From positions 352,001-416,000 of the forward strand of contig CAVZJB010000017.1 of NCBI GenBank assembly GCA_963775425.1: a stretch of 64,000 nucleotides of DNA, read 5' to 3'. The DNA comes from an uncultured delta proteobacterium. Lineage in GTDB: Bacteria > Myxococcota > UBA727 > VGSZ01. Within the stretch, counting starts at the first letter, position 1. Each line of letters starts with the position of its first letter. The position numbers and the translations under genes were made by a program. Below are positions 1-10,628 of this stretch, in pieces. The notes below the pieces were generated by a model that was not told the origin of the DNA, did not search any database, and saw only the letters and a program-made list of their open reading frames with translations.

Positions 1-94
1 CCGCCGGGATCAAGCGCCAGCCCACGTAGAACGCGAAGCCCGCGACGATGCTCGACATGATGAGGACGAACACAGCGACCCGGCCCAACGCCAC
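1..94 (-). CDS. 5' end of a membrane protein (partial, runs off the window)
   Basis: GTG at 94 preceded by GGAGG; translates VALGRVAVFVLIMSSIVAGFAFYVGWRLIPA, a hydrophobic helix. Confidence 0.5.
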   Translation of the reverse strand, partial: MALGRVAVFVLIMSSIVAGFAFYVGWRLIPA

Positions 95-273
95 GACGAG
101 CCTCCGATCTCCATTGTTCCGCACGGCTTCCCTCGCTTCGCTCGGTCAGAGTGCGCGCCTCCCTCCGGTCGGCCTGGAGTGAGATGCCGACCCGAGGGTG
201 CCGTTGCAACGCCGCTTCCCCCTCGGGGCCGCCTCGGACTAGCCTCCCCGCTCAGCTTTCTGCCGGAGGAAAC

Positions 274-1818
274 GTGACCAGCGATTCAAACACCACGCCG
301 AACCCGCTCCGCCAGGGGCTCGTCGAAGACCGCCTCCCCGAGCCCTGCAGCGTCGTCATCTTCGGCGCGTCCGGCGACCTCACCAAGCGCAAGCTCGTGC
401 CCGCTCTGTATTCGCTGGCGGCGGAGCGCCTCCTGCCCCCGTCGTTCGCCATCGTCGGCTACGCCAGAAAGCCCATCACCGACGACACCTTCCGCTCCGA
501 GATGCGCGAGTGGTGCAACAAGTCCGCGCGCCACCGCCCGGTCGACGAGCAGCTGTGGTCGTCGTTCTCCAAGGGCCTCCACTACCAAAAGGGCGACTAC
601 GAAGACCCCGCCGCCTACAAGGCCCTCAAGGAGCGCCTCGACGCCATCGACAAGGAGCGCGGCATCCCCGGCAACCGCGTCTTTTACATCTCCACCCCAC
701 CGTCGACCTTCCCGTTGGCCGTGCAGCACCTGTCCGAGAGCGGCCTCATCAACAAGTCCGAGGACGGGCCGTTCACGCGCGTCATCATCGAGAAGCCCTT
801 CGGCACGGACCTCGCCTCCGCCAAGGCGCTCAACGCGCACTGCTTGAAGTACCTGCGCGAAGACCAGATCTACCGCATCGATCACTACCTCGGGAAAGAG
901 ACCGTCCAGAACCTGATGGTCTTCCGCTTCGCCAACTCGCTGTTCGAGCCCCTGTGGAACAACCGCTTCGTCGAGCAGGTGCAGATCACCGGCGCCGAGG
1001 CGCTCGGCATCGAGGGCCGCGGCGGCTACTTCGACCACGCCGGCATCCTGCGCGACATGGTGCAGAACCACCTCTTCCAGGTGCTGTCCTTGACGTCGAT
1101 GGAGCCGCCGGTCTCCATGAACGGCAACGACCTGCGCGACGAGAAGGTGAAGGTGCTCAAGGCCCTGCGCCCCATCCCCGACGGGCGCTTCGACGAGTAC
1201 GTGGTCCGCGGTCAGTACCGCACGGGCTCCATCTCGGGCCGCAAGATCCCCAACTACCACGAGGAGACGGGCGTCACCGCGGGCTCCACGACGGAGACCT
1301 ACGTCGCGCTCAAGATCTTCATCGACAACTGGCGCTGGGCCGGCGTGCCGTTCTACCTGCGCTCGGGCAAGGCCCTGGCCAAGAAGGTCACCGAGGTCGC
1401 GCTCATCTTCAAGGACGCGCCGCACCGCCTGTTCGGTGAGAAGTCCATCTCCGAGCCCAACGTCCTCGCCATCCGCATCCAGCCCGACGAGGGCATCTCC
1501 ATCCGCTTCGGCTCCAAGGTGCCGGGCAACACGCTCGACATCCACCCGGTGAACATGGAGTTCCGCTACGGCACCAGCTTCGGCGCAGAGCCGCCCGAGG
1601 CGTACGAGCGCCTTCAGCTCGACTGCATGCTCGGCGACCAGTCGCTGTACACCCGCGCCGACGAGGTGGAGGCCTCGTGGAAGTGGATCTCGCGCATCCA
1701 CGAGGAGTGGCGCCAGAGCTTCGCCAAGGGCATCCCCACCTACGAGGCGGGGAGCTGGGGCCCTGACGAGAGCGACGCGCTCCTGCGCCGCGGGGGCCAC
1801 GTGTGGAGGCGGCCGTGA
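274..1818 (+). CDS. zwf: Glucose-6-phosphate 1-dehydrogenase
   Basis: GASGDL Rossmann motif, RIDHYLGKE signature, NWRWAGVPFYLRSGK; GTG start at 274 after GGAGGA. Confidence 0.97.
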   Translation: MTSDSNTTPNPLRQGLVEDRLPEPCSVVIFGASGDLTKRKLVPALYSLAAERLLPPSFAIVGYARKPITDDTFRSEMREWCNKSARHRPVDEQLWSSFSKGLHYQKGDYEDPAAYKALKERLDAIDKERGIPGNRVFYISTPPSTFPLAVQHLSESGLINKSEDGPFTRVIIEKPFGTDLASAKALNAHCLKYLREDQIYRIDHYLGKETVQNLMVFRFANSLFEPLWNNRFVEQVQITGAEALGIEGRGGYFDHAGILRDMVQNHLFQVLSLTSMEPPVSMNGNDLRDEKVKVLKALRPIPDGRFDEYVVRGQYRTGSISGRKIPNYHEETGVTAGSTTETYVALKIFIDNWRWAGVPFYLRSGKALAKKVTEVALIFKDAPHRLFGEKSISEPNVLAIRIQPDEGISIRFGSKVPGNTLDIHPVNMEFRYGTSFGAEPPEAYERLQLDCMLGDQSLYTRADEVEASWKWISRIHEEWRQSFAKGIPTYEAGSWGPDESDALLRRGGHVWRRP

Positions 1819-2894
1819 GCGCCACCGAGGAGATCACGCTCGCCAAGGACTCGAGCGTCGACATCGGCGCCATCGAGAAGGAGCTGGCGGCGTTGTGGCG
1901 AGGTGCGTCCAAGGAGCGGCACGTCACGCGCGCGTGCTCCTGGAACCTCGTCGTGCACTGCGGCGACGACGCCATCTTCGACCAGGCCAAGGCCACCGTC
2001 GACGAGGCGGTGCGCCACGTGCCCTCGCGCACCTTGATGCTGAAGCCGCGCCCCTACGCCATCGGCAAAGAGGTCGAGGCGTGGGTGAGCGCCAACTGCC
2101 AGGTGGCGCCCGGCGGCGGGAAGCTGCTGTGCACCGAGGAGATCACCGTCGAGTCGCGCGGCAAGGAGGGCGTGGAGCACCTGCCTTCGCTCATCCGCGC
2201 CCTCCAGGTCCCCGACGTGCCGACGGCGCTGTGGTGGGCGGGGCCGCCGCCGACGGATCCGAGCGCGGTGCGCATCCTCCTGTCCGGCGTCGACCGCCTC
2301 GTCTTCGACACCAACAACCTCGCGGCCGACGGCCTGCACCGGCTCGCCCACGTCGGCGGCTTGCTCGACGGGCTCACGCTCACCGACCTCAACTGGCTCC
2401 GCACGGGCTCGTTGCGCTCCGTGATCGCCAGCCTGTTCGATCCGCCCACGGGCGCCGAGCCGCTCACGCGCTTGAAGCGCGTGCGGGTCGAGGCCACGCA
2501 GAAGGGCGTGCACGCGGCAAAGCTGCTCCTCGGCTGGCTCGCGTCGCGGCTCGCCTGGGGCAGCCCCGAGCGCTCCGACGGAGAGCAGCTCGGCTGGCGT
2601 GTCCCGGTGCGCAGCGACGGCGCCGTTCGCGTCGACATCGACACCAACAAGGTGAGCACCACGCGCGACAGCGGCATCAAGTCGGTCTCCATCGAGACCA
2701 GCAAGGGCGAGCGCTACTCCCTCGTCGATCAGGGCAACAGCCAGCTCGAGGCGGCGTCGCCGGGGATGGCCACGCGCACCGTGCAGGCCGTCGAGCCACG
2801 GCTCGATCAGCTCCTGGTGGCGTCGCTCGGCGCCCGCGGCCGTGACCGCCTCTACGCCGTGGCCCTTCATCGCGCGGTCGAGCTCGACAGGTAG
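1815..2894 (+). CDS. opcA: G6PDH assembly/effector protein OpcA
   Basis: GTGA overlap with zwf stop; RAC-x-x-NLVV, PSR, VPDVPTALWW and TDLNWLR motifs of OpcA. Confidence 0.88.
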   Translation: MSATEEITLAKDSSVDIGAIEKELAALWRGASKERHVTRACSWNLVVHCGDDAIFDQAKATVDEAVRHVPSRTLMLKPRPYAIGKEVEAWVSANCQVAPGGGKLLCTEEITVESRGKEGVEHLPSLIRALQVPDVPTALWWAGPPPTDPSAVRILLSGVDRLVFDTNNLAADGLHRLAHVGGLLDGLTLTDLNWLRTGSLRSVIASLFDPPTGAEPLTRLKRVRVEATQKGVHAAKLLLGWLASRLAWGSPERSDGEQLGWRVPVRSDGAVRVDIDTNKVSTTRDSGIKSVSIETSKGERYSLVDQGNSQLEAASPGMATRTVQAVEPRLDQLLVASLGARGRDRLYAVALHRAVELDR

Positions 2895-2986
2895 GGCCAC
2901 CGGCGCGCCGCGGTGGCGCGCGCTGCTGCGAAGCGGTTCCGATCGGCGACGCCCTTTGGAAGCGCGCGCCGCCTATCGTGATCGTC

Positions 2987-3772
2987 ATGAAGACAAACGA
3001 CCACGTCAGGCGCGCACGGGGTGCGCGCATCGCTCTCCTCGTGACCACGCTCGCCTCGGGCGCGGCGTCGGCCATGGCGCCGTCCGGGGTGGCGGACCCT
3101 CGCCCCGCGCACCACGTCGTGGACCTCACCGGCACCCTCGGGCCCGATGACGTCGCCGCCGTCGACGCCGCCGCCGAGCGCGCGTCTTCGAACGGTGAGC
3201 TCCTGGTGGTGGTGGTGCCCTCCGTCGACGGCGTGGACGCGCGCGGGTGGACAACGGAGCTCTTCAACCGCCTCGGCGTCGATGCCACGAGCCGCAACCG
3301 CGGCGTCGTGTTGATGGCCGCGCTCGAGGACCGCGACGCCGAGATCGTCGTCGGCGACGGCTACGACGCGTCCGCCGCCACGCGGCTCACCGATCACATC
3401 ATGAGCGACGTTGTCGTCGCGCACTTCAAGAGCGGCGACGCCCGCGGCGCCATCGTCTCCGGCGCGGAGGCCCTGGCCGACGACGTCGTCGTCGCTCGCC
3501 CGCCGGAGCTGGCGGCGCCCGCGCGCGCCGCCGCCGACGACGACGCCGACGACGACGACGGCAACCCGTTGTTCGCGATCTTCGCCGGCCTCGGCGGCGT
3601 CACGCTCCTCATCCTCGCGTTCGCCGCTTTCGTCGCGTTCCTCGCCCGGGGCAGCACCGGCTCGTCGAGCTCCGGCTCGTCGTGGTCGAACAGCACGTCG
3701 TCTTCGTTCGACAGCGGCTCGTCGTCGTTCAGCAGCGGCTCGTCCGGGAGCGGCAGCTCCGGCCACTGGTAG
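2987..3772 (+). CDS. TPM-domain (YgcG-like) membrane protein
   Basis: VVDLTGTL, NRGVVLM, IVVGDG motifs; C-terminal TM helix and Gly/Ser-rich tail ending in W. Confidence 0.8.
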   Translation: MKTNDHVRRARGARIALLVTTLASGAASAMAPSGVADPRPAHHVVDLTGTLGPDDVAAVDAAAERASSNGELLVVVVPSVDGVDARGWTTELFNRLGVDATSRNRGVVLMAALEDRDAEIVVGDGYDASAATRLTDHIMSDVVVAHFKSGDARGAIVSGAEALADDVVVARPPELAAPARAAADDDADDDDGNPLFAIFAGLGGVTLLILAFAAFVAFLARGSTGSSSSGSSWSNSTSSSFDSGSSSFSSGSSGSGSSGHW

Positions 3773-3843
3773 GGGCGGCCCATCGGCGGCGCGGCGGGAT
3801 TGGCTCGAGACACCCCGGTGCTCTCGTGACACAGTCCGCCGCC

Positions 3844-4548
3844 ATGAACCGCCATGTCTTCGCCTCCACCGACGCGCTCGCCGCAGAGCTCGTGCATCTC
3901 TCCGTCGACGCCGCCGCTGCCGCCGTGAAGGAGCGCGGCCTGTTCAGCCTCGCTCTCACGGGCGGCTCCGCGGCGGAGAAGCTCTATCCGGTGCTCGCGC
4001 AGGCGCCCTTGCCCTGGGACAAGGTGCACGTGTTCTTCGGCGACGAGCGCTGCGTCCCACCCGCGCACGCCGACAGCAACTTCAAGCTCGCCGAGGACAC
4101 CTTCCTGCGGCGCGTGGGGATCCCGGCGGCGAACGTGCACCGCATGCGCGGCGAGGACGCGCCGGCGAAGGCCGCGGCGGCGTACGCCGAGGAGCTCCTG
4201 CGCGTCACCGGCGACGGCACCCTCGACGCGGTGCACGTCGGCATGGGGCCCGACGGCCACATCTGCTCGCTCTTCCCCGGCCACGCGCTGCTGTCGTCTC
4301 AAAAGCTCGTCGACTCGCTCACCGACTCGCCCAAGCCGCCGCCGTCCCGGGTGACGTTCACCCTTCCGCTGTTGAAGAAGGCGCGCGCGCTGTGGTTCCT
4401 CGTGATGGGCCAGAACAAGGCCGACGCCGTCAAGGCCGCCGTGCTCGACGCGTCGTCGGCGCTGCCGGCGGCGCTGGCGGCGCGCGGCAACGACCACACC
4501 ACGTGGCTCCTCGACACCGCCGCGGCCACGCACCTCAAGAGCGGCTGA
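3844..4548 (+). CDS. pgl: 6-phosphogluconolactonase
   Basis: LTGGS, FGDERCVP, GMGPDGHICSLFPG motifs; PPP context. Confidence 0.95.
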   Translation: MNRHVFASTDALAAELVHLSVDAAAAAVKERGLFSLALTGGSAAEKLYPVLAQAPLPWDKVHVFFGDERCVPPAHADSNFKLAEDTFLRRVGIPAANVHRMRGEDAPAKAAAAYAEELLRVTGDGTLDAVHVGMGPDGHICSLFPGHALLSSQKLVDSLTDSPKPPPSRVTFTLPLLKKARALWFLVMGQNKADAVKAAVLDASSALPAALAARGNDHTTWLLDTAAATHLKSG

Positions 4549-4551
4549 TCC

Positions 4552-4938
4552 TCAGCGCGCCGCCACCGGGACCTTCGCGATCCGTCCCCACGCGACGAAC
4601 GCGCACAGGACGACGAGGACCACGGGGACGACGGCGCCCGGCTCGCCGAGGACGAGGTGCGTGACGAACGCGCCCGCCATCAGCGCCGCGAGGCAGATCG
4701 CCGCCACCGGCGTCAGCGCCGGCTTGATGCGCAGCGCGGCCGGCAGCAGCAGCCCGAGCGCGCCGAGTACCTCGGCGGCGCCGATGACGCGGGTGAGCAC
4801 CCCGAAGTGCACGACGAACGCCATCTTCTGCGCGAGCTCGTCGAGGGGTGTCACGAGCTTCATCAACCCGCTCCCCAGGAAAGCGAGGGCCAGCAAGGCG
4901 GACACGATCCATACGGCGATCTTCACGAGGGCCTCCAT
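4552..4938 (-). CDS. DoxX-like membrane protein
   Basis: Four hydrophobic helices; SGLMKL, IGAAEVLGALGLLLP, GAFVTH motifs. Confidence 0.8.
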   Translation of the reverse strand: MEALVKIAVWIVSALLALAFLGSGLMKLVTPLDELAQKMAFVVHFGVLTRVIGAAEVLGALGLLLPAALRIKPALTPVAAICLAALMAGAFVTHLVLGEPGAVVPVVLVVLCAFVAWGRIAKVPVAAR

Positions 4939-5004
4939 TCGGACCATGGTCCGATTCGCGAGAACGACCGGCGTTGCGCCCGGATCCGGCGGCGCCGTGC
5001 TGCG

Positions 5005-5034
5005 TTGACCCCCGGGGGACGGCCGGGCTACTCC
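5005..5034 (+). promoter_or_regulatory. Candidate sigma70 promoter of gnd (TTGACC-N18-TACTCC)
   Basis: -35-like TTGACC and weak -10 in the DoxX/gnd intergenic region; GGAGA RBS before ATG 5066. Confidence 0.3.
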
Positions 5035-5065
5035 CCCCCATCCAACCGAACCCTGGGAGATCTCC

Positions 5066-6616
5066 ATGGCGCTTTCAAAGCCCGAACCCAATTCCGCCGA
5101 CGTCGGCCTCGTCGGCCTCGCCGTGATGGGCCAGAACTTCGTGCTCAACATGGCCGACCACGGCTTCAAGGTCGCCGTCTACAACCGCACCACCAAGACC
5201 ACCGAGGGGTTCATCGACAACAACCCGCCCAAGGTCTTCGGCGACACCGGCGGCGCCCTCATCCCCGCCGCGGAGCTCAAGGACTTCGTCGCGTCCATCA
5301 AGAAGCCGCGCCGCGTGGTCATCCTCGTCAAGGCGGGCGGCCCCACCGACGCCGTCATCAACAGCCTCGTGCCGCTGCTCGACAAGGGCGACGTCATCGT
5401 CGACGGGGGCAACGCGCTGTACACCGACACCATCCGCCGCGAGAAGGAGCTCGGTGAAAAGGGCTTGCTCTTCGTCGGCTCCGGCGTGTCCGGCGGCGAG
5501 GAGGGCGCGCGCTTCGGCCCGTCGCTCATGCCGGGCGGCAAGCCCGAGGCGTGGGAGCACCTCAAGCCCGTGTGGATGGCGTGCGCGGCCAAGGTCGACG
5601 AGAAGACCGGCAAGCCCCTCGAGGGCGCGGCGCCCGGCAAGCCCATCAAGGGCGGGGTCGCCTGCACCACGTACCTCGGCCCCGACGGCGCCGGCCACTT
5701 CGTGAAGATGGTGCACAACGGCATCGAGTACGCCGACATGCAGCTCATCTGCGAGGCGTACGACATCCTGCACAACTCGCTCGGCAAGTCCCCCGAGGAG
5801 TGCAGCAAGATCTTCAAGGAGTGGAACCAGGGCGACCTCGACTCCTTCCTCATCGAGATCAGCGCCGACGTGCTCCAGCAGAAGGATCCCGTCACCGGCA
5901 AGCCCTTCGTCGACGTCGTCCTCGACGCCGCCGGCCAGAAGGGCACGGGCAAGTGGACCAGCGAGGCCGCGCTCGACCTCGGCATCCCGGCGGGCTCCAT
6001 CGCCGAGGCCGTGTTCGCGCGCTGCATCTCCGCGCTCAAGGACGAGCGCGTGCACGCCTCCAAGATGCTGAAGGGCCCCAAGGACCTCGGCAAGAGCATC
6101 GACGTCACCGTCGACGCCGTGCGTGACGCGCTGTACTGCTCGAAGCTCTGCGCCTACGCCCAGGGCTTCGCGCTGTACGCGGAGGCCTCCAAGCACTTCA
6201 AGTGGAACCTCAACCTCGCGGCCATCGCGCAGATCTTCCGCGGCGGATGCATCATCCGCGCGCGCTTCCTCCAGAAGATCACCGACGCGTACGAGAAGAA
6301 CCCGAAGCTCGAAAACCTCCTGCTCGATCCGTACTTCGCGGAGCAGGTGGAGAAGGCGCAGCACAACTGGCGCAAGATCGTCGCGCGCGCCGCGCTCGAC
6401 GGTACGCCGGCGCCGGCGTTCTCTTCGGCGCTGTCGTACTTCGACAGCTATCGCTCGGAGAGGCTGCCCGCGAGCCTCCTGCAGGCGCAGCGCGACTTCT
6501 TCGGCGCGCACACCTACGAGCGCGTGGATGCGCCCCGCGGCCAGTTCTTCCACATCGACTGGCCGGATCCGAAGCGCCCGCAGCTCAAGTCGACCGAGCT
6601 CGGCATGAGCCGCTGA
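5066..6616 (+). CDS. gnd: NADP-dependent 6-phosphogluconate dehydrogenase, decarboxylating
   Basis: [42 protein letters not shown]. Confidence 0.97.
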   Translation: MALSKPEPNSADVGLVGLAVMGQNFVLNMADHGFKVAVYNRTTKTTEGFIDNNPPKVFGDTGGALIPAAELKDFVASIKKPRRVVILVKAGGPTDAVINSLVPLLDKGDVIVDGGNALYTDTIRREKELGEKGLLFVGSGVSGGEEGARFGPSLMPGGKPEAWEHLKPVWMACAAKVDEKTGKPLEGAAPGKPIKGGVACTTYLGPDGAGHFVKMVHNGIEYADMQLICEAYDILHNSLGKSPEECSKIFKEWNQGDLDSFLIEISADVLQQKDPVTGKPFVDVVLDAAGQKGTGKWTSEAALDLGIPAGSIAEAVFARCISALKDERVHASKMLKGPKDLGKSIDVTVDAVRDALYCSKLCAYAQGFALYAEASKHFKWNLNLAAIAQIFRGGCIIRARFLQKITDAYEKNPKLENLLLDPYFAEQVEKAQHNWRKIVARAALDGTPAPAFSSALSYFDSYRSERLPASLLQAQRDFFGAHTYERVDAPRGQFFHIDWPDPKRPQLKSTELGMSR

Positions 6617-6620
6617 CCCC

Positions 6621-7280
6621 GTGGGCGGCCGCGCGCGCGCTGCGCGCTCGTTCGTCATCGGCGCCGTCGCGATGCTCGCCCTCCTGGGCGGGTGCGCGAC
6701 GGCGCCGTTTTATCGGCCCATGGGGCCGCCCATGGACAACGACGTCGTCGAGTGCGGCATCGGCGCGCACGCGGACTTCGGCAGCGACCAGATGGGAGTC
6801 GGCACCGCCGGGTGGCTGCAGGCGCAGGTGCTGCCCGACTTCGAGCTCGTCCTGCGCGGGCACGGCACGGACTTCTTTTCGTATGCCGGCACCGGACAGC
6901 CCTTCGACGACGTCCTGTTCGGCGGCAGCGCCGGCATCCGCGGCATCTATCACTTCTCGCCGACGCTGCTCCTCGGCGGCGAGGCGCTCGTGGACTACGA
7001 GCAGCGCACGGGCCCCGAGCACGAGCAGCTCGTCAGCGGCATCGTCGGCATCCCCGTCGCCGAGGCGGCCACGCCGGACCTCTGGGTCTACACGGACATC
7101 TCGCTGGGGATCGCGGTGCCGCTGAACCGCGATGCGGCCGTGCCGTTCTTTGGCTTCCAAGAGATTCCGCTCGGCGTCGCGTGGCGCGCGACGCCATGGC
7201 TGCTCGTCGTCGGTGAAGGCGGGGTCTCGTTGCCCGTCAACGGCGGATACGTTGGTGTCGCGGCGGCATTCCGTCTGTAG
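6621..7280 (+). CDS. Hypothetical lipoprotein, possibly a small outer-membrane beta-barrel
   Basis: LGGC lipobox; alternating hydrophobic strands; C-terminus YVGVAAAFRL; start may be 6672. Confidence 0.55.
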   Translation: MGGRARAARSFVIGAVAMLALLGGCATAPFYRPMGPPMDNDVVECGIGAHADFGSDQMGVGTAGWLQAQVLPDFELVLRGHGTDFFSYAGTGQPFDDVLFGGSAGIRGIYHFSPTLLLGGEALVDYEQRTGPEHEQLVSGIVGIPVAEAATPDLWVYTDISLGIAVPLNRDAAVPFFGFQEIPLGVAWRATPWLLVVGEGGVSLPVNGGYVGVAAAFRL

Positions 7281-7344
7281 TGCAAGCAATCGCGCACTGT
7301 CTCAGCATGGGCATGCAAGTGAATCTGCGCCGTACACTCGGCGC

Positions 7345-9339
<1,995 letters not shown>

Positions 9340-9413
9340 GCGCGGCGCAGGTACGAGCTCGCGGCGTTCAGGCATTCCCGGCGCAGCGACGTCGTCGGCG
9401 CTACACTCGGGGG

Positions 9414-10616
9414 GTGGCCTGGACGCGCGCGATCCTGCACGTCGACATGGACGCGTTCTACGCGTCCGTCGAGCAGCGTGACCGGCCGGAGCTGCAGGGC
9501 CGCGCGGTGATCGTCGGCGGCGGCGGGCGCCGCGGCGTCGTCAGCTCGCCGAGCTACGAGGCGCGCAAGTTCGGCGTCAAGAGCGCCATGCCGATGTTCG
9601 CGGCGCTCAAGCTCTGCCCGCACGCCGTCGCCGTGCCGCCGCGGATGTCGCGCTACGTAAGCGTGTCCCGCGCGCTGATGAAGATCTTCGGGCGGTTCTC
9701 GCCCGATGTCGAGCCGCTGTCCCTCGACGAGGCCTTTGTCGACGTCACCGGCACGGAGGCGCTGTTCGGGTCCCCCGTCGACGTCGCGTGGAAGGTCCAG
9801 CGCGCCGTCCGCGAGGAGCTCTCGCTGTCGTGCTCCGTGGGCGTCGCCGCCAACAAGTACGTCGCCAAGGTCGCGAGCGACCTCAAGAAGCCCGCGGGCC
9901 TCGTCGTCGTCCCGGCCGGCGAGGAGCGCGCGTTCCTCGAGCCCCTGGCCCTCGAGCGCCTCTGGGGCGTGGGCCCGAAGACGGCCGAGCGCCTCCACGC
10001 GCTCGGGCTGGTCACCATCGGCGACGTCGCCCGCGCCGGCGACGACGTCCTCGTCCGCGACGTCGGCGCCGCCGTCGGCGCGCACCTCGCGGCGCTCGCG
10101 CGCGGTGAGGACGAACGGCCCGTCGAAAACGACGTCAAGGAGAAGTCGCTCGGCGCCGAGCACACGCTCGAGATCGACATCCGCGGCGCCGTCGACGTGC
10201 GCCGCGCGCTCCTCCCGCTCGTCGACAGCGTCGCCGCCGACCTGCGGACCCGCAAGCTGCGCGCGAGCGGTGTGCGCTTGAAGCTCAAGTACGCGGACTT
10301 CCGCCGGGTGTCCCGCGAGCTGAGCTTGCCGGAGCCCGCGCTCGACGCCCCCACCCTCCTCGCCGCCATCGACACGCTCATGCAGCGCGTCGACGTGAAC
10401 CGGAAGATCCGCCTGGTCGGGGTCGCCTGCACGGGCCTCGTCGACGAGGACGCGCCCCGCCAGGCCAACCTCTTCGGCAACCTCGACGCGCGCGCCCCCG
10501 TCGAGAAGGCCGAGCGTCTCGGGCGCGCCGTCGACGCCATCAAGAGCAAGTTCGGCGACGAGGCCGTGCTCCGCGGCGGCGGAACCCCCTGGCGGCGGTC
10601 ACCGCGAGGGGAGTAG
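9414..10616 (+). CDS. dinB: DNA polymerase IV (Y family)
   Basis: ILHVDMDAFYASVE, SYEARKFGV, SLDEAF, LWGVGPKT. Confidence 0.95.
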   Translation: MAWTRAILHVDMDAFYASVEQRDRPELQGRAVIVGGGGRRGVVSSPSYEARKFGVKSAMPMFAALKLCPHAVAVPPRMSRYVSVSRALMKIFGRFSPDVEPLSLDEAFVDVTGTEALFGSPVDVAWKVQRAVREELSLSCSVGVAANKYVAKVASDLKKPAGLVVVPAGEERAFLEPLALERLWGVGPKTAERLHALGLVTIGDVARAGDDVLVRDVGAAVGAHLAALARGEDERPVENDVKEKSLGAEHTLEIDIRGAVDVRRALLPLVDSVAADLRTRKLRASGVRLKLKYADFRRVSRELSLPEPALDAPTLLAAIDTLMQRVDVNRKIRLVGVACTGLVDEDAPRQANLFGNLDARAPVEKAERLGRAVDAIKSKFGDEAVLRGGGTPWRRSPRGE

Positions 10617-10628
10617 CAGGGCGGACAG

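Noticed and set aside
128-250. Hairpins upstream of zwf (ctcgcttcgctcg; ccctccggtcggc/gccgacccgaggg) as an ncRNA or riboswitch
   Set aside because: No recognisable family motif; such pairing is common at this GC content.
286-1800. Long antisense and alternative-frame ORFs (also 5075-6658, 11928-14600, 32930-35764, 59438-62464, 60514-63621)
   Set aside because: Shadow ORFs expected in very high-GC DNA; they overlap genes with clear family motifs and encode Arg/Ala-rich nonsense.
2891-2920. GTAG-led hairpin after opcA as a REP or terminator
   Set aside because: Single imperfect copy unrelated to the 55-kb unit; no U-tract; GTAG simply includes the stop codon.
9361-9414. LexA box upstream of dinB
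   Set aside because: No convincing palindrome or known SOS-box consensus is visible.
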